Positions 57,946 through 64,000 of a DNA stretch of 64,000 nt are shown piece after piece. Under the pieces are notes generated by a model. The model searched no databases. It saw only the letters and a list, made by a program, of their open reading frames with translations, and was not told the DNA's origin. This DNA is from Eledone cirrhosa (lineage: Eukaryota): positions 25,916,001-25,980,000 of the forward strand of contig OZ024744.1 in assembly GCA_964016885.1 (NCBI GenBank). The letters are read 5' to 3'. Made by a program: the position numbers and the translations under genes. How positions within the stretch are numbered: position 1 is the stretch's first letter; every line of letters starts with the position of its first letter.

Positions 57946-58557
57946 TATTACTGAGGACCTATTTAGTTTTTATAGAGAATATTAGGAGGGAGGGGTGAAG
58001 TTGTTAGAAGAATAGTTGAAGGAGTGGTTTTTCGATAGCAGTGAGAATTCTTGGTGGCAGTGAGTAATTAGATTCCCATCTGTTGTTTTGACATTTTTTA
58101 TGGAATATATTATTGGTTATTTTTCTAAATCTATAGAAGGATTAGAGATAGTAAAGATATGCGTGGTTGGTTTTGTGTTTGCACTTAACATTCAGACTTA
58201 AATTTTTCTTTCAAGTGTACGTATTCTTTCACCCACGCATTCACACAAATATATTTGCACACCTCTACAAAACACATATACTCACAATTCACATATTCAT
58301 ACTTACATATATATACACATGCATACACATATATATACACACATGTATTCATGTACATACATACGCGCTCATGTGTATACATTTTCATACTCAACTTATC
58401 TTTATATATACACACGTATAGACACACACATATATACATACATACTCTAGTCCATGTGTACACACATACGCATACATACACATCCACATACACATACATA
58501 CATACACATATATATATATATATATATACATACACATATATATATATATATATACAT

Positions 58558-58622
<65 letters not shown>

Positions 58623-58943
58623 CCCACACACACACATATACACATACACACATATATATATATATATATATATAAGCATTTTAATACATGAATACACTTA
58701 CATCTAACTATACACATCAAACATATATATATATTTACTTATTTATATACATTTTCACATATATATACATACTTATGGACGTTTTTAGACACATTCATTA
58801 TCGCATATTTGTACCTATTCTCATCAGCATATCTTTTCATTATTAGTATGGTAATTTAAGGTTATTAATATATGTTGAGAAGAGATTGTTTTTATATTTT
58901 TCTAACTAGATTAAGGTTTATATAGTTGGGGGATGTCCCTCTT

Positions 58944-59625
58944 TTATGTAATATTCGGCTTGTAGTGGGAAAAAAGGGTTTTAGTTCTGTGACGGCAGAA
59001 TAATGTTCGTTCAATTCTGTTATTCAGCAGTTTCTTCTTGTGTGTGATTATGTAATAAATCTCAAGATTACACAATTTGCAGAAATTTTGGCTCCTGGAA
59101 AAGCTTTGGGTTTTAGCTAATTTTTCCCATTTTAGGGTAAACTTTTGATTGCTATCCCTGAGCGTCCAAGCTTTTTCTGCTAAAGTTGTTACATTTCTTT
59201 GGCTCTGGTGTTTTATTGAGTAAGAATGCCTATACAATCGAGATTTAAACGATGTTGCCGTTGATCCCACGTAATACCACTCGTTGCCTCCGGATTTAAT
59301 GGTACACTTATAAATAATATTTTTTTCCAGGCAGTTATTGCCGAGGGGGCAGTTGTCAGGATAGGTGCAGTTACAGTTGTGTACGTTGGGTTTTCTCTGG
59401 AGTAGTATTGCGGACGAACTTAGGTGTGGTTTATTTATGTTCTGTAGTGTATTGTCTACTGTTTTTTGGGGGTTCTTTGTACTTAAGTTCTTAGTGTTTT
59501 CGTTTAACCTTCTAGTATTGATCTTTTTTATGTGTTGTTCAAGGTTTAACGCTGTAGAGTATGACAGTCTTATAGTGGTAGGGTTTAGGATTTTGTGGTA
59601 TTTGTGTGATGTGGGAAAATGTCTT
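58944..59625 (-). pseudogene. PLE GIY-YIG endonuclease domain (truncated ORF)
   Basis: CNC..CPL..CL linker, NIIYKC..YYVGST..FKSRLYRH, CKLCNLE, LLNNR.E..CRH. Confidence 0.9.
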
Positions 59626-60222
59626 TTACTCAATAAAACACCAGAGCCAAAGAAATGTAACAACTTTAGCAGAAAAAGCTTGGACGCTCAGGGATAGCAA
59701 TCAAAAGTTTACCCTAAAATGGGAAAAATTAGCTAAAACCCAAAGCTTTTCCAGGAGCCAAAATTTCTGCAAATTGTGTAATCTTGAGATTTATTACATA
59801 ATCACACACAAGAAGAAACTGCTGAATAACAGAATTGAACGAACATTATTCTGCCGTCACAGAACTAAAACCCTTTTTTCCCACTACAAGCCGAATATTA
59901 CATAAAAGAGGGACATCCCCCAACTATATAAACCTTAATCTAGTTAGAAAAATATAAAAACAATCTCTTCTCAACATATATTAATAACCTTAAATTACCA
60001 TACTAATAATGAAAAGATATGCTGATGAGAATAGGTACAAATATGCGATAATGAATGTGTCTAAAAACGTCCATAAGTATGTATATATATGTGAAAATGT
60101 ATATAAATAAGTAAATATATATATATGTTTGATGTGTATAGTTAGATGTAAGTGTATTCATGTATTAAAGTGCTTATATATATATATATATATGTGTGTA
60201 TGTGTATATGTGTGTGTGTGGG

Positions 60223-60303
<81 letters not shown>

Positions 60304-60887
60304 ATGTATATATATATATATATATGTGTATGTATGTATGTGTATGTGGATGTGTATGTATGCGTATGTGTGTACACATGGACTAGAGTATGTATGTATA
60401 TATGTGTGTGTCTATACGTGTGTATATATAAAGATAAGTTGAGTATGAAAATGTATACACATGAGCGCGTATGTATGTACATGAATACATGTGTGTATAT
60501 ATATGTGTATGCATGTGTATATATATGTAAGTATGAATATGTGAATTGTGAGTATATGTGTTTTGTAGAGGTGTGCAAATATATTTGTGTGAATGCGTGG
60601 GTGAAAGAATACGTACACTTGAAAGAAAAATTTAAGTCTGAATGTTAAGTGCAAACACAAAACCAACCACGCATATCTTTACTATCTCTAATCCTTCTAT
60701 AGATTTAGAAAAATAACCAATAATATATTCCATAAAAAATGTCAAAACAACAGATGGGAATCTAATTACTCACTGCCACCAAGAATTCTCACTGCTATCG
60801 AAAAACCACTCCTTCAACTATTCTTCTAACAACTTCACCCCTCCCTCCTAATATTCTCTATAAAAACTAAATAGGTCCTCAGTAATA

Positions 60888-61004
60888 TTATTCTGATGAA
60901 ATGACAGTAAATAATAACATTGAAATATTGAATGTCTGCATAACTAAAAGTTTGTAGATAGCTGTTTTAGGTTATGTAACTGTTATAGAAACACGTGTCA
61001 ATAA
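60888..61004 (+). ncRNA. Hammerhead ribozyme with ~88-nt stem II, right arm
   Basis: ttatt-CTGATGA-[atgacagt..gcataactaaaa/ttttaggttatgt..actgttat]-GAAA-cacgtg-TC-aataa. Confidence 0.8.
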
Positions 61005-61151
61005 ATTCCTTTCAACTAAACTGTATCCATTCAAATCTTTCTATTTTTCTCCGGATTACTTTTGGAACTACAACTGGAACCGTCGAGCAAACTCTACGTG
61101 AGCTGATAATCTACTGTGTGTAATATTTATATTACAACACAACGGAAAATA

Positions 61152-61230
<79 letters not shown>

Positions 61231-61615
61231 ACCTGAAAGTAACGAAGATCGCTAGTATTAGGTCAACATCCTTCGGCAAACGTGTATCTAACTCAATGAA
61301 TCTGCAGAATTGCAGTAATACAGATGTAATCAGTTGTTCAGTACTCACTTTTAGTTAATAGCAGACACTGTAGCTGTATCTTGGTAGAGATAAAAGTAAA
61401 AATCTAAACTGATCGACCATATAGTTTCTGTGCAACATAACTTCAGAGATGCAGATATTACATCTGCAATCTTCAGAAAATGACGTAATAGCAGCACGTA
61501 TTTATGTAACCAGGTTGTTAGACATCATCAGCAGGTGGCCAAAGTCATAAGACAGGTTTATACATGTGTGTAAGCCATTACTACTGAACATGAATATATA
61601 CATGAATATGTATGT

Positions 61616-61700
<85 letters not shown>

Positions 61701-61765
61701 CAAACACCTCATGTTCTTTTATTATATATATATATGTATATATATATATAGGAAAATGAGGTGTT

Positions 61766-61802
<37 letters not shown>

Positions 61803-62035
61803 TAAATTAGCGAGAATTGCATTTCGGCTATTGGAAATTAGCGAAAAACAACTTCCGAGAAGTGTGGCAAGCGGTCCATAGAAGCTAGTGTACTAGAGCA
61901 ACAACGTAAGTTAAAAGGCCAAACACACTGAGACGATGGTTAAACCATTATCCGCAAAGCCTTAGAAACAACCAAGCTATTCGGGTCAAACAAATAATAA
62001 AATATGATCGAAAATTATATATATATTATTATATA

Positions 62036-62094
<59 letters not shown>

Positions 62095-62098
<4 letters not shown>

Positions 62099-62432
62099 AG
62101 AAAATGACGTGTTTTTTGTAAATAAAAAAGAACGAGATGTCCTTCACTGGTGAAAGTATAGAGAAAAGAAATTGGAAATGCAAATGGAGTCTTTTTAAGA
62201 ATATATATTTATTTCCTTTACCGGTTTCACAGTTCTTATGCTTTTCATAAGCAGAGTTGAGATGGAGTGTTACTGGTTTGTCTCGCATCTGGACATGCGA
62301 GACAAACCACACACCACAAACCCTCCATCTCAATTCTACTTATAAAAAGTATAAGAACTGTGAAACCGGTAAAGGAAATAAATAAATATTCTTAAAAAGA
62401 TGACTCCAGTTGCATTTTCGATTTCTTTTTCT

Positions 62433-62435
<3 letters not shown>
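62095..62435. mobile_element. Family A diverged fold-back copy
   Basis: Centre ggtttgtctcgcat-ctggac-atgcgagacaaacc; gaaaccggtaaagg on both arms. Confidence 0.75.
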
Positions 62436-62501
<66 letters not shown>

Positions 62502-62503
<2 letters not shown>

Positions 62504-62689
62504 CGAAGGAAATGTGGTAAGGAACCAGGTGGACCATAACGCACCAAAGTACTCAATACTTGGGGTAGTAGAGTGGGTAATAACAACCAGTAAGACCCCG
62601 ACAGCTGAGCTCAAGCCGTTTCGACGGCTAATTCTGGACAGAATTAGCCGTCGAAACGGCTTGAGCTCAGCTGTCGGGGTCTTACTGGT

Positions 62690-62690
<1 letters not shown>
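62502..62690. mobile_element. Family D fold-back copy with 3' half hammerheads
   Basis: Palindrome 62585-62690 centred on aattctg-ga-cagaatt; GAAA-cggct..agctg-TC-ggggtc. Confidence 0.8.
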
Positions 62691-62760
<70 letters not shown>

Positions 62761-62771
62761 TAACAGATTAA

Positions 62772-62822
62772 AGTTTAAGCAAAGAATCACTGCTTTCACC
62801 CTTAACTGGATCGTCTGAAACT
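62772..62822 (-). ncRNA. Hammerhead-like motif family C
   Basis: agttt-CAGACGA-tccagttaagggt-GAAA-gca..tgc-TT-aaact. Confidence 0.55.
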
Positions 62823-62847
62823 ATATATATATAACTAAATATATATA

Positions 62848-62915
<68 letters not shown>

Positions 62916-62982
62916 CCTCGTCATATCTTATGTCTTAATATACCTAACTGTACCAAGGATTACACACACTTTCCAATATATA

Positions 62983-63020
<38 letters not shown>

Positions 63021-63199
63021 GCGCATGTATGTGGTGTTAATGATATAGTGTTGATGTTATATTCATTTATTTGTTTTGTTTTGTTTTGTTTTCTTATTCA
63101 TATTCTTATTTTTTTATTTTTCAAAACCATTCCCTGTCTCAAAACATCTGTAACAGACGAACGCAAGATAAATGATTCTGTAGAGCGGGTAGGGTGGTG

Positions 63200-63740
63200 T
63201 GTGAGTGTGGAGGTCGAAGAGTGGAATAATAGTTTTGAAGGACGTAGATTACTTATCTGGGACGCTACATGTTGTCACACGTTCTCCGCCTCCAACTTAG
63301 TCGCTTCGGTCACAAACCCTGGTACTGCGGCCCATATTGCACAGGAAAGGAGGATAAACAAATACCGAAGATTGTCCGGCCGCTTCCTCATCACACTGGT
63401 GGCCGTCGAAACTTCAGAACTCCGTACTGTCAAGCTCCTCCGCAAGTTCAGAACGTCAGCTGTCCGTCTGAGGAAGGAGCTTCACGAGTTCGGGTGGCTG
63501 TTGCAGCGGGTGTCGCTGGCCATTGTCCACAACAATGCTTCTACGGTCTCGTCCGCGGGGTGCAGGCCATTACCACCGCAGCTTAGGCCCAGAGCCCAAT
63601 CCCTCTCCCCTCCACCTCCCCATTCTTCTGTGTCACTAGACTCCTTACCATTCCCTCCCTTTTCCACTTTTTGTTTATATTTTCTATTTTACATTCCATT
63701 CTTCTGAATCTATATTTTCTATTTTTCTCTTTCTATTAAA
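63200..63740 (+). mobile_element. CRE-like LINE 3' end (restriction-like endonuclease remnant plus UTR)
   Basis: LLIWDATCCHTFS...AAHIAQERRINKY...LVAVETS...LLQRVSLAIVHNNA. Confidence 0.8.
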
Positions 63741-64000
63741 CTGTATTTACATGATATATTCCATAAATAAATAATACTGTTTGAAAGTGGTTTCTGTTTG
63801 ATTCATGAAAACAATCTGTAAAATCTCTGGCTTTTTCAATGTAATGAGAGCCATCTTACGGCAGATTTGATTTTTCTACCAATCCTTCCTTAATTGCTTA
63901 TTAACTATAACGAAAATAATCTAACTTCCCTAAATTAAAGACAAAACTGGTTTATTCACAAATTGCCTAATCAGGGACAGCCGAGATATTTTTTTCTTGA

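Overview
This is AT-rich, microsatellite-dense eukaryotic DNA, most likely from an octopod cephalopod, inferred only from remembered octopus-type SINE sequence. I see no convincing host gene; nearly all ORF-track entries are microsatellite read-through. The window is a mosaic of decayed mobile elements: RTE, R4/Dong-like, Tx1/L1-like, CRE-like and CR1-like LINE pieces, a Gypsy integrase, Penelope-like element (PLE) GIY-YIG fragments, MITEs, SINEs, and 21-, 51- and 75-bp tandem repeats. The main hidden signal is in the short non-repetitive islands between (TA)n tracts, many of which are fold-back palindromes. They belong to about ten unrelated families that each carry a hand-foldable type I hammerhead ribozyme motif, usually with a palindromic stem III. 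Several families share non-canonical cores (U3-A8, A4), and two families are physically linked to PLE GIY-YIG coding remnants. A second signal is two head-to-tail arrays of a ~600-bp RTE-derived non-autonomous unit with (ATGT)n tails, each adjacent to an R4/Dong-like 3' end in the same microsatellite. All folding and family assignments were done by eye; no search or computation was run.
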